The position numbers and the translations under genes are program-made. The notes under the pieces were generated by a model, which saw nothing but the letters and a program-made list of their open reading frames with translations, was not told where the DNA came from and did not search any database. A DNA stretch of 64,000 bases from Auanema rhodensis. Its lineage: Eukaryota > Animalia > Nematoda. The DNA lies in contig CAXKVF010000096.1 of the NCBI GenBank assembly GCA_964057225.1, positions 42,692 to 106,691 of the forward strand, read 5' to 3'. How positions within the stretch are numbered: the first letter of the stretch is position 1; each line of letters starts with the position of its first letter. Shown in pieces: positions 28,160 to 41,887 of this stretch.

Positions 28160-29567
28160 ATTTTTATTGATATTGGTGCATGGTAACCATGACTTTGAAA
28201 TTTACGTGAACTTTAATTTATGCTAATTAAATGTACACGTGATGTGCACTTGGTATGTAACTCGCTTCACGTGAAAGATGAAGAGATGCGGTTTTCAAAA
28301 TTAGATTCCCCATGTCCATATTAGTCTAAAAACAAATTTTTATTGATATTGGTTCATGGTAACCATGACTTTGAAATTTACGTGAACTTTAATTTATGCT
28401 AATTAAATGTACACGTGATGTGCACTTGGTATGTAACTCGCTTCACGTGAAAGATAAAGAGATGCGGTTTTCAAAATTAGATTCCCCATGTCCATATTAG
28501 TCTAAAAACAAATTTTTATTGATATTGGTTCATGGTAACCATGACTTTGAAATTTACGTGAACTTTAATTTATGCTAATTAAATGTACACGTGATGTGCA
28601 CTTGGTATGTAACTCGCTTCACGTGAAAGATGAAGAGATGCGGTTTTCAAAATTAGATTCCCCATGTCCATATTAGTCTAAAAACAAATTTTTATTGATA
28701 TTGGTGCATGGTAACCATGACTTTGAAATTTACGTGAACTTTAATTTATGCTAATTAAATGTACACGTGATGTGCACTTGGTATGTAACTCGCTTCACGT
28801 GAAAGATGAAGAGATGCGGTTTTCAAAATTAGATTCCCCATGTCCATATTAGTCTAAAAACAAATTTTTATTGATATTGGTTCATGGTAACCATGACTTT
28901 GAAATTTACGTGAACTTTAATTTATGCTAATTAAATGTACACGTGATGTGCACTTGGTATGTAACTCGCTTCACGTGAAAGATAAAGAGATGCGGTTTTC
29001 AAAATTAGATTCCCCATGTCCATATTAGTCTAAAAACAAATTTTTATTGATATTGGTTCATGGTAACCATGACTTTGAAATTTACGTGAACTTTAATTTA
29101 TGCTAATTAAATGTACACGTGATGTGCACTTGGTATGTAACTCGCTTCACGTGAAAGATGAAGAGATGCGGTTTTCAAAATTAGATTCCCCATGTCCATA
29201 TTAGTCTAAAAACAAATTTTTATTGATATTGGTGCATGGTAACCATGACTTTGAAATTTACGTGAACTTTAATTTATGCTAATTAAATGTACACGTGATG
29301 TGCACTTGGTATGTAACTCGCTTCACGTGAAAGATGAAGAGATGCGGTTTTCAAAATTAGATTCCCCATGTCCATATTAGTCTAAAAACAAATTTTTATT
29401 GATATTGGTTCATGGTAACCATGACTTTGAAATTTACGTGAACTTTAATTTATGCTAATTAAATGTACACGTGATGTGCACTTGGTATGTAACTCGCTTC
29501 ACGTGAAAGATAAAGAGATGCGGTTTTCAAAATTAGATTCCCCATGTCCATATTAGTCTAAAAACAA
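28160..29567. repeat. Local 3-monomer repeat [G19+G121][consensus][G121], ~2.7 copies
   Basis: G19+G121 monomers start at 28160, 28688 and 29216 (528-bp spacing). G121-only monomers start at 28512 and 29040. Confidence 0.7.
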
Positions 29568-32500
29568 ATTTTTATTGATATTGGTTCATGGTAACCATGA
29601 CTTTGAAATTTACGTGAACTTTAATTTATGCTAATTAAATGTACACGTGATGTACACTTGGTATGTAACTCGCTTCACGTGAAAGATAAAGAGATGCGGT
29701 TTTCAAAATTAGATTCCCCATGTCCATATTAGTCTAAAAACAAATTTTTATTGATATTGGTTCATGGTAACCATGACTTTGAAATTTACGTGTACTTTAA
29801 TTTATGCTAATTAAATGTACACGTGATGTGCACTTGGTATGTAACTCGCTTCACGTGAAAGATAAAGAGATGCGGTTTTCAAAATTAGATTCCCCATGTC
29901 CAAATTAGTCTAAAAACAAATTTTTATTGATATTGGTTCATGGTAACCATGACTTTGAATTTTACGTGAACTTTAATTTATGCTAATTAAATGTACACGT
30001 GATGTGCACTTGGTATGTAACTCGCTTCACGTGAAAGATAAAGAGATGCGGTTTTCAAAATTAGAATCCCCATGTCCATATTAGTCTAAAAACAAATTTT
30101 TATTGATATTGGTGCATGGTAACCATGACTTTGAAATTTACGTGAACTTTAATTTATGCTAATTAAATGTACACGTGATGTACACTTGGTATGTAACTCG
30201 CTTCACGTGAAAGATAAAGAGATGCGGTTTTCAAAATTAGATTCCCCATGTCCATATTAGTCTAAAAACAAATTTTTTTTGATATTGGTTCATGGTAACC
30301 ATGACTTTGAAATTTACGTGAACTTTAATTTATGCTAATTAAATGTACACGTGATGTGCACTTGGTATGTAACTCGCTTCACGTGAAAGATGAAGAGATG
30401 CGGTTTTCAAAATTAGATTCCCCATGTCCATATTAGTCTAAAAACAAATTTTTCTTGATATTGGTGCATGGTAACCATGACTTTGAAATTTACGTGAACT
30501 TTAATTTATGCTAATTAAATGTACACGTGATGTGCACTTGGTATGTAACTCGCTTCACGTGAAAGATGAAGAGATGCGGTTTTCAAAATTAGATTCCCCA
30601 TGTCCATATTAGTCTAAAAACAAATTTTTATTGATATTGGTTCATGGTAACCATGACTTTGAAATTTACGTGAACTTTAATTTATGCTAATTAAATGTAC
30701 ACGTGATGTGCACTTGGTATGTAACTCGCTTCACGTGAAAGATAAAGAGATGCGGTTTTCAAAATTAGATTCCCCATGTCCATATTAGTCTAAAAACAAA
30801 TTTTTATTGATATTGGTTCATGGTAACCATGACTTTGAAATTTACGTGAACTTTAATTTATGCTAATTAAATGTACACGTGATGTGCACTTGGTATGTAA
30901 CTCGCTTCACGTGAAAGATAAAGAGATGCGGTTTTCAAAATTAGATTCCCCATGTCCATATTAGTCTAAAAACAAATTTTTATTGATATTGGTGCATGGT
31001 AACCATGACTTTGAAATTTACGTGAACTTTAATTTATGCTAATTAAATGTACACGTGATGTGCACTTGGTATGTAACTCGCTTCACGTGAAAGATAAAGA
31101 GATGCGGTTTTCAAAATTAGATTCCCCATGTCCATATTAGTCTAAAAACAAATTTTTATTGATATTGGTTCATGGTAACCATGACTTTGAAATTTACGTG
31201 AACTTTAATTTATGCTAATTAAATGTACACGTGATGTGCACTTGGTATGTAACTCGCTTCACGTGAAAGATAAAGAGATGCGGTTTTCAAAATTAGATTC
31301 CCCATGTCCATATTAGTCTAAAAACAAATTTTTATTGATATTGGTGCATGGTAACCATGACTTTGAAATTTACGTGAACTTTAATTTATGCTAATTAAAT
31401 GTACACGTGATGTACACTTGGTATGTAACTCGCTTCACGTAAAAGATAAAGAGATGCGGTTTTCAAAATTAGATTCCCCATGTCCATATTAGTCTAAAAA
31501 CAAATTTTTATTGATATTGGTTCATGGTAACCATGACTTTGAAATTTACGTGTACTTTAATTTATGCTAATTAAATGTACACGTGATGTGCACTTGGTAT
31601 GTAACTCGCTTCACGTGAAAGATAAAGAGATGCGGTTTTCAAAATTAGATTCCCCATGTCCAAATTAGTCTAAAAACAAATTTTTATTGATATTGGTTCA
31701 TGGTAACCATGACTTTGAATTTTACGTGAACTTTAATTTATGCTAATTAAATGTACACGTGATGTGCACTTGGTATGTAACTCGCTTCACGTGAAAGATA
31801 AAGAGATGCGGTTTTCAAAATTAGATTCCCCATGTCCATATTAGTCTAAAAACAAATTTTTATTGATATTGGTGCATGGTAACCATGACTTTGAAATTTA
31901 CGTGAACTTTAATTTATGCTAATTAAATGTACACGTGATGTACACTTGGTATGTAACTCGCTTCACGTGAAAGATAAAGAGATGCGGTTTTCAAAATTAG
32001 ATTCCCCATGTCCATATTAGTCTAAAAACAAATTTTTTTTGATATTGGTTCATGGTAACCATGACTTTGAAATTTACGTGAACTTTAATTTATGCTAATT
32101 AAATGTACACGTGATGTGCACTTGGTATGTAACTCGCTTTACGTGAAAGATAAAGAGATGCGGTTTTCAAAATTAGATTCCCTATGTCCATATTAGTCTA
32201 AAAACAAATTTTTATTGATATTGGTTCATGGTAACCATGACTTTGAAATTTACGTGAACTTTAATTTATGCTAATTAAATGTACACGTGATGTGCACTTG
32301 GTATGTAACTCGCTTCACGTGAAAGATAAAGAGATGCGGTTTTCAAAATTAGATTCCCCATGTCCATATTAGTCTAAAAACAAATTTTTATTGATATTGG
32401 TTCATGGTAACCATGACTTTGAAATTTACGTGAACTTTAATTTATGCTAATTAAATGTACACGTGATGTGCACTTGGTATGTAACTCGCTTCACGTGAAA

Positions 32501-35500
32501 GATAAAGAGATGCGGTTTTCAAAATTAGATTCCCCATGTCCATATTAGTCTAAAAACAAATTTTTATTGATATTGGTTCATGGTAACCATGACTTTGAAA
32601 TTTACGTGAACTTTAATTTATGCTAATTAAATGTACACGTGATGTGCACTTGGTATGTAACTCGCTTCACGTGAAAGATAAAGAGATGCGGTTTTCAAAA
32701 TTAGATTCCCCATGTCCATATTAGTCTAAAAACAAATTTTTATTGATATTGGTTCATGGTAACCATGACTTTGAAATTTACGTGAACTTTAATTTATGCT
32801 AATTAAATGTACACGTGATGTGCACTTGGTATGTAACTCGCTTCACGTGAAAGATAAAGAGATGCGGTTTTCAAAATTAGATTCCCCATGTCCATATTAG
32901 TCTAAAAACAAATTTTTATTGATATTGGTTCATGGTAACCATGACTTTGAATTTTACGTGAACTTTAATTTATGCTAATTGAATGTACACGTGATGTGCA
33001 CTTGGTATGTAACTCGCTTCACGTGAAAGATAAAGAGATGCGGTTTTCAAAATTAGATTCCCCATGTCCATATTAGTCTAAAAACAAATTTTTATTGATA
33101 TTGGTGCATGGTAACCATGACTTTGAAATTTACGTGAACTTTAATTTATGCTAATTAAATGTACACGTGATGTGCACTTGGTATGTAACTCGCTTCACGT
33201 GAAAGATGAAGAGATGCGGTTTTCAAAATTAGATTCCCCATGTCCATATTAGTCTAAAAACAAATTTTTATTGATATTGGTTCATGGTAACCATGACTTT
33301 GAAATTTACGTGAACTTTAATTTATGCTAATTAAATGTACACGTGATGTGCACTTGGTATGTAACTCGCTTCAAGTGAAAGATAAAGAGATGCGGTTTTC
33401 AAAATTAGATTCCCCATGTCCATATTAGTCTAAAAACAAATTTTTATTGATATTGGTTCATGGTAACCATGACTTTGAAATTTACGTGAACTTTAATTTA
33501 TGCTAATTAAATGTACACGTGATGTGCACTTGGTATGTAACTCGCTTCACGTGAAAGATAAAGAGATGCGGTTTTCAAAATTAGATTCCCCATGTCCATA
33601 TTAGTCTAAAAACAAATTTTTATTGATATTGGTTCATGGTAACCATGACTTTATATTTTACGTGAACTTTAATTTATGCTAATTGAATGTACACGTGATG
33701 TGCACTTGGTATGTAACTCGCTTCACGTGAAAGATAAAGAGATGCGGTTTTCAAAATTAGATTCCCCATGTCCATATTAGTCTAAAAACAAATTTTTATT
33801 GATATTGGTGCATGGTAACCATGACTTTGAAATTTACGTGAACTTTAATTTATGCTAATTAAATGTACACGTGATGTGCACTTGGTATGTAACTCGCTTC
33901 ACGTGAAAGATGAAGAGATGCGGTTTTCAAAATTAGATTCCCCATGTCCATATTAGTCTAAAAACAAATTTTTATTGATATTGGTTCATGGTAACCATGA
34001 CTTTGAAATTTACGTGAACTTTAATTTATGCTAATTAAATGTACACGTGATGTGCACTTGGTATGTAACTCGCTTCACGTGAAAGATAAAGAGATGCGGT
34101 TTTCAAAATTAGATTCCCCATGTCCATATTAGTCTAAAAACAAATTTTTATTGATATTGGTTCATGGTAACCATGACTTTGAAATTTACGTGAACTTTAA
34201 TTTATGCTAATTAAATGTACACGTGATGTGCACTTGGTATGTAACTCGCTTCACGTGAAAGATGAAGAGATGCGGTTTTCAAAATTAGATTCCCCATGTC
34301 CATATTAGTCTAAAAACAAATTTTTATTGATATTGGTGCATGGTAACCATGACTTTGAAATTTACGTGAACTTTAATTTATGCTAATTAAATGTACACGT
34401 GATGTGCACTTGGTATGTAACTCGCTTCACGTGAAAGATGAAGAGATGCGGTTTTCAAAATTAGATTCCCCATGTCCATATTAGTCTAAAAACAAATTTT
34501 TATTGATATTGGTTCATGGTAACCATGACTTTGAAATTTACGTGAACTTTAATTTATGCTAATTAAATGTACACGTGATGTGCACTTGGTATGTAACTCG
34601 CTTCACGTGAAAGATAAAGAGATGCGGTTTTCAAAATTAGATTCCCCATGTCCATATTAGTCTAAAAACAAATTTTTATTGATATTGGTTCATGGTAACC
34701 ATGACTTTGAATTTTACGTGAACTTTAATTTATGCTAATTGAATGTACACGTGATGTGCACTTGGTATGTAACTCGCTTCACGTGAAAGATAAAGAGATG
34801 CGGTTTTCAAAATTAGATTCCCCATGTCCATATTAGTCTAAAAACAAATTTTTATTGATATTGGTGCATGGTAACCATGACTTTGAAATTTACGTGAACT
34901 TTAATTTATGCTAATTAAATGTACACGTGATGTGCACTTGGTATGTAACTCGCTTCACGTGAAAGATAAAGAGATGCGGTTTTCAAAATTAGATTCCCCA
35001 TGTCCATATTAGTCTAAAAACAAATTTTTATTGATATTGGTTCATGGTAACCATGACTTTGAAATTTACGTGAACTTTAATTTATGCTAATTAAATGTAC
35101 ACGTGATGTGCACTTGGTATGTAACTCGCTTCACGTGAAAGATAAAGAGATGCGGTTTCCAAAATTAGATTCCCCATGTCCATATTAGTCTAAAAACAAA
35201 TTTTTATTGATATTGGTTCATGGTAACCATGACTTTGAAATTTACGTGAACTTTAATTTATGCTAATTAAATGTACACGTGATGTGCACTTGGTATGTAA
35301 CTCGCTTCACGTGAAAGATAAAGAGATGCGGTTTTCAAAATTAGATTCCCCATGTCCATATTAGTCTAAAAACAAATTTTTATTGATATTGGTTCATGGT
35401 AACCATGACTTTGAAATTTACGTGTACTTTAATTTATGCTAATTAAATGTATACGTGATGTGCACTTGGTATGTAACTCGCTTCACGTGAAAGATAAAGA

Positions 35501-36783
35501 GATGCGGTTTTCAAAATTAGATTCCCCATGTCCAAATTAGTCTAAAAACAAATTTTTATTGATATTGGTTCATGGTAACCATGACTTTGAATTTTACGTG
35601 AACTTTAATTTATGCTAATTAAATGTACACGTGATGTGCACTTGGTATGTAACTCGCTTCACGTGAAAGATAAAGAGATGCGGTTTTCAAAATTAGATTT
35701 CCCATGTCCATATTAGTCTAAAAACAAATTTTTATTAATATTGGTGCATGGTAACCATGACTTTGAAATTTACGTGAACTTTAATTTATGCTAATTAAAT
35801 GTACACGTGATGTACACTTGGTATGTAACTCGCTTCACGTGAAAGATAAAGAGATGCGGTTTTCAAAATTAGATTCCCCATGTCCATATTAGTCTAAAAA
35901 CAAATTTTTTTTGATATTGGTTCATGGTAACCATGACTTTGAAATTTACGTGAACTTTAATTTATGCTAATTAAATGTACACGTGATGTGCACTTGGTAT
36001 GTAACTCGCTTTACGTGAAAGATAAAGAGATGCGGTTTTCAAAATTAGATTCCCTATGTCCATATTAGTCTAAAAACAAATTTTTATTGATATTGGTTCA
36101 TGGTAACCATGACTTTGAATTTTACGTGAACTTTAATTTATGCTAATTGAATGTACACGTGATGTGCACTTGGTATGTAACTCGCTTCACGTGAAAGATA
36201 AAGAGATGCGGTTTTCAAAATTAGATTCCCCATGTCCATATTAGTCTAAAAACAAATTTTTATTGATATTGGTTCATGGTAACCATGACTTTGAAATTTA
36301 CGTGTACTTTAATTTATGCTAATTAAATGTACACGTGATGTGCACTTGGTATGTAACTCGCTTCACGTGAAAGATAAAGAGATGCGGTTTTCAAAATTAG
36401 ATTCCCTATGTCCATATTAGTCTAAAAACAAATTTTTATTGATATTGGTTCATGGTAACCATGACTTTGAAATTTACGTGAACTTTAATTTATGCTAATT
36501 AAATGTACACGTGATGTGCACTTGGTATGTAACTCGCTTCACGTGAAAGATAAAGAGATGCGGTTTTCAAAATTAGATTCCCCATGTCCATATTAGTCTA
36601 AAAACAAATTTTTATTGATATTGGTTCATGGTAACCATGACTTAGAATTTTACGTGAACTTTAATTTATGCTAATTGAATGTACACGTGATGTGCACTTG
36701 GTATGTAACTCGCTTCACGTGAAAGATAAAGAGATGCGGTTTTCAAAATTAGATTCCCCATGTCCATATTAGTCTAAAAACAA

Positions 36784-39700
36784 ATTTTTATTGATATTGG
36801 TGCATGGTAACCATGACTTTGAAATTTACGTGAACTTTAATTTATGCTAATTAAATGTACACGTGATGTGCACTTGGTATGTAACTCGCTTCACGTGAAA
36901 GATGAAGAGATGCGGTTTTCAAAATTAGATTCCCCATGTCCATATTAGTCTAAAAACAAATTTTTATTGATATTGGTTCATGGTAACCATGACTTTGAAA
37001 TTTACGTGAACTTTAATTTATGCTAATTAAATGTACACGTGATGTGCACTTGGTATGTAACTCGCTTCACGTGAAAGATAAAGAGATGCGGTTTTCAAAA
37101 TTAGATTCCCCATGTCCATATTAGTCTAAAAACAAATTTTTATTGATATTGGTTCATGGTAACCATGACTTTGAATTTTACGTGAACTTTAATTTATGCT
37201 AATTGAATGTACACGTGATGTGCACTTGGTATGTAACTCGCTTCACGTGAAAGATAAAGAGATGCGGTTTTCAAAATTAGATTCCCCATGTCCATATTAG
37301 TCTAAAAACAAATTTTTATTGATATTGGTGCATGGTAACCATGACTTTGAAATTTACGTGAACTTTAATTTATGCTAATTAAATGTACACGTGATGTGCA
37401 CTTGGTATGTAACTTGCTTCACGTGAAAGATAAAGAGATGCGGTTTTCAAAATTAGATTCCCCATGTCCATATTAGTCTAAAAACAAATTTTTATTGATA
37501 TTGGTTCATGGTAACCATGACTTTGAAATTTACGTGAACTTTAATTTATGCTAATTAAATGTACACGTGATGTGCACTTGGTATGTAACTCGCTTCACGT
37601 GAAAGATAAAGAGATGCGGTTTTCAAAATTAGATTCCCCATGTCCATATTAGTCTAAAAACAAATTTTTATTGATATTGGTTCATGGTAACCATGACTTT
37701 GAAATTTACGTGAACTTTAATTTATGCTAATTAAATGTACACGTGATGTGCACTTGGTATGTAACTCGCTTCACGTGAAAGATAAAGAGATGCGGTTTTC
37801 AAAATTAGATTCCCCATGTCCATATTAGTCTAAAAACAAATTTTTATTGATATTGGTGCATGGTAACCATGACTTTGAAATTTACGTGAACTTTAATTTA
37901 TGCTAATTAAATGTACACGTGATGTGCACTTGGTATGTAACTCGCTTCACGTGAAAGATGAAGAGATGCGGTTTTCAAAATTAGATTCCCCATGTCCATA
38001 TTAGTCTAAAAACAAATTTTTATTGATATTGGTTCATGGTAACCATGACTTTGAAATTTACGTGAACTTTAATTTATGCTAATTAAATGTACACGTGATG
38101 TGCACTTGGTATGTAACTCGCTTCACGTGAAAGATAAAGAGATGCGGTTTTCAAAATTAGATTCCCCATGTCCATATTAGTCTAAAAACAAATTTTTATT
38201 GATATTGGTTCATGGTAACCATGACTTTGAAATTTACGTGAACTTTAATTTATGCTAATTAAATGTACACGTGATGTGCACTTGGTATGTAACTCGCTTC
38301 ACGTGAAAGATGAAGAGATGCGGTTTTCAAAATTAGATTCCCCATGTCCATATTAGTCTAAAAACAAATTTTTATTGATATTGGTTCATGGTAACCATGA
38401 CTTTGAAATTTACGTGAACTTTAATTTATGCTAATTAAATGTACACGTGATGTGCACTTGGTATGTAACTCGCTTCACGTGAAAGATGAAGAGATGCGGT
38501 TTTCAAAATTAGATTCCCCATGTCCATATTAGTCTAAAAACAAATTTTTATTGATATTGGTTCATGGTAACCATGACTTTGAAATTTACGTGAACTTTAA
38601 TTTATGCTAATTAAATGTACACGTGATGTGCACTTGGTATGTAACTCGCTTCACGTGAAAGATAAAGAGATGCGGTTTTCAAAATTAGATTCCCCATGTC
38701 CATATTAGTCTAAAAACAAATTTTTATTGATATTGGTTCATGGTAACCATGACTTTGAATTTTACGTGAACTTTAATTTATGCTAATTGAATGTACACGT
38801 GATGTGCACTTGGTATGTAACTCGCTTCACGTGAAAGATAAAGAGATGCGGTTTTCAAAATTAGATTCCCCATGTCCATATTAGTCTAAAAACAAATTTT
38901 TATTGATATTGGTGCATGGTAACCATGACTTTGAAATTTACGTGAACTTTAATTTATGCTAATTGAATGTACACGTGATGTGCACTTGGTATGTAACTCG
39001 CTTCACGTGAAAGATAAAGAGATGCGGTTTTCAAAATTAGATTCCCCATGTCCATATTAGTCTAAAAACAAATTTTTATTGATATTGGTGCATGGTAACC
39101 ATGACTTTGAAATTTACGTGAACTTTAATTTATGCTAATTAAATGTACACGTGATGTGCACTTGGTATGTAACTCGCTTCACGTGAAAGATGAAGAGATG
39201 CGGTTTTCAAAATTAGATTCCCCATGTCCATATTAGTCTAAAAACAAATTTTTATTGATATTGGTTCATGGTAACCATGACTTTGAAATTTACGTGAACT
39301 TTAATTTATGCTAATTAAATGTACACGTGATGTGCACTTGGTATGTAACTCGCTTCACGTGAAAGATAAAGAGATGCGGTTTTCAAAATTAGATTCCCCA
39401 TGTCCATATTAGTCTAAAAACAAATTTTTATTGATATTGGTTCATGGTAACCATGACTTTGAAATTTACGTGAACTTTAATTTATGCTAATTAAATGTAC
39501 ACGTGATGTGCACTTGGTATGTAACTCGCTTCACGTGAAAGATGAAGAGATGCGGTTTTCAAAATTAGATTCCCCATGTCCATATTAGTCTAAAAACAAA
39601 TTTTTATTGATATTGGTTCATGGTAACCATGACTTTGAATTTTACGTGAACTTTAATTTATGCTAATTGAATGTACACGTGATGTGCACTTGGTATGTAA

Positions 39701-41887
39701 CTCGCTTCACGTGAAAGATAAAGAGATGCGGTTTTCAAAATTAGATTCCCCATGTCCATATTAGTCTAAAAACAAATTTTTATTGATATTGGTGCATGGT
39801 AACCATGACTTTGAAATTTACGTGAACTTTAATTTATGCTAATTGAATGTACACGTGATGTGCACTTGGTATGTAACTCGCTTCACGTGAAAGATAAAGA
39901 GATGCGGTTTTCAAAATTAGATTCCCCATGTCCATATTAGTCTAAAAACAAATTTTTATTGATATTGGTGCATGGTAACCATGACTTTGAAATTTACGTG
40001 AACTTTAATTTATGCTAATTAAATGTACACGTGATGTGCACTTGGTATGTAACTCGCTTCACGTGAAAGATGAAGAGATGCGGTTTTCAAAATTAGTTTC
40101 CCCATGTCCATATTAGTCTAAAAACAAATTTTTATTGATATTGGTTCATGGTAACCATGACTTTGAAATTTACGTGAACTTTAATTTATGCTAATTAAAT
40201 GTACACGTGATGTGCACTTGGTATGTAACTCGCTTCACGTGAAAGATAAAGAGATGCGGTTTTCAAAATTAGATTCCCCATGTCCATATTAGTCTAAAAA
40301 CAAATTTTTATCGATATTGGTTCATGGTAACCATGACTTTGAATTTTACGTGAACTTTAATTTATGCTAATTGAATGTACACGTGATGTGCACTTGGTAT
40401 GTAACTCGCTTCACGTGAAAGATAAAGAGATGCGGTTTTCAAAATTAGATTCCCCATGTCCATATTAGTCTAAAAACAAATTTTTATTGATATTGGTGCA
40501 TGGTAACCATGACTTTGAAATTTACGTGAACTTTAATTTATGCTAATTAAATGTACACGTGATGTGCACTTGGTATGTAACTTGCTTCACGTGAAAGATA
40601 AAGAGATGCGGTTTTCAAAATTAGATTCCCCATGTCCATATTAGTCTAAAAACAAATTTTTATTGATATTGGTTCATGGTAACCATGACTTTGAAATTTA
40701 CGTGAACTTTAATTTATGCTAATTAAATGTACACGTGATGTGCACTTGGTATGTAACTCGCTTCACGTGAAAGATAAAGAGATGCGGTTTTCAAAATTAG
40801 ATTCCCCATGTCCATATTAGTCTAAAAACAAATTTTTATTGATATTGGTTCATGGTAACCATGACTTTGAAATTTACGTGAACTTTAATTTATGCTAATT
40901 AAATGTACACGTGATGTGCACTTGGTATGTAACTCGCTTCACGTGAAAGATAAAGAGATGCGGTTTTCAAAATTAGATTCCCCATGTCCATATTAGTCTA
41001 AAAACAAATTTTTATTGATATTGGTGCATGGTAACCATGACTTTGAAATTTACGTGAACTTTAATTTATGCTAATTAAATGTACACGTGATGTGCACTTG
41101 GTATGTAACTCGCTTCACGTGAAAGATGAAGAGATGCGGTTTTCAAAATTAGATTCCCCATGTCCATATTAGTCTAAAAACAAATTTTTATTGATATTGG
41201 TTCATGGTAACCATGACTTTGAAATTTACGTGAACTTTAATTTATGCTAATTAAATGTACACGTGATGTGCACTTGGTATGTAACTCGCTTCACGTGAAA
41301 GATAAAGAGATGCGGTTTTCAAAATTAGATTCCCCATGTCCATATTAGTCTAAAAACAAATTTTTATTGATATTGGTTCATGGTAACCATGACTTTGAAA
41401 TTTACGTGAACTTTAATTTATGCTAATTAAATGTACACGTGATGTGCACTTGGTATGTAACTCGCTTCACGTGAAAGATGAAGAGATGCGGTTTTCAAAA
41501 TTAGATTCCCCATGTCCATATTAGTCTAAAAACAAATTTTTATTGATATTGGTTCATGGTAACCATGACTTTGAAATTTACGTGAACTTTAATTTATGCT
41601 AATTAAATGTACACGTGATGTGCACTTGGTATGTAACTCGCTTCACGTGAAAGATGAAGAGATGCGGTTTTCAAAATTAGATTCCCCATGTCCATATTAG
41701 TCTAAAAACAAATTTTTATTGATATTGGTTCATGGTAACCATGACTTTGAAATTTACGTGAACTTTAATTTATGCTAATTAAATGTACACGTGATGTGCA
41801 CTTGGTATGTAACTCGCTTCACGTGAAAGATAAAGAGATGCGGTTTTCAAAATTAGATTCCCCATGTCCATATTAGTCTAAAAACAA
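36784..41887. repeat. 11-monomer block repeated at an 18-monomer (3168 bp) offset: 36784-38719 and 39952-41887
   Basis: The rare G19+T104 monomer starts at 37312 and 40480, with the same flanking order of G19/G121/T41+G70 monomers. An internal 5-monomer repeat lies between them (G19+G70 monomers at 38896 and 39776). Confidence 0.8.
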
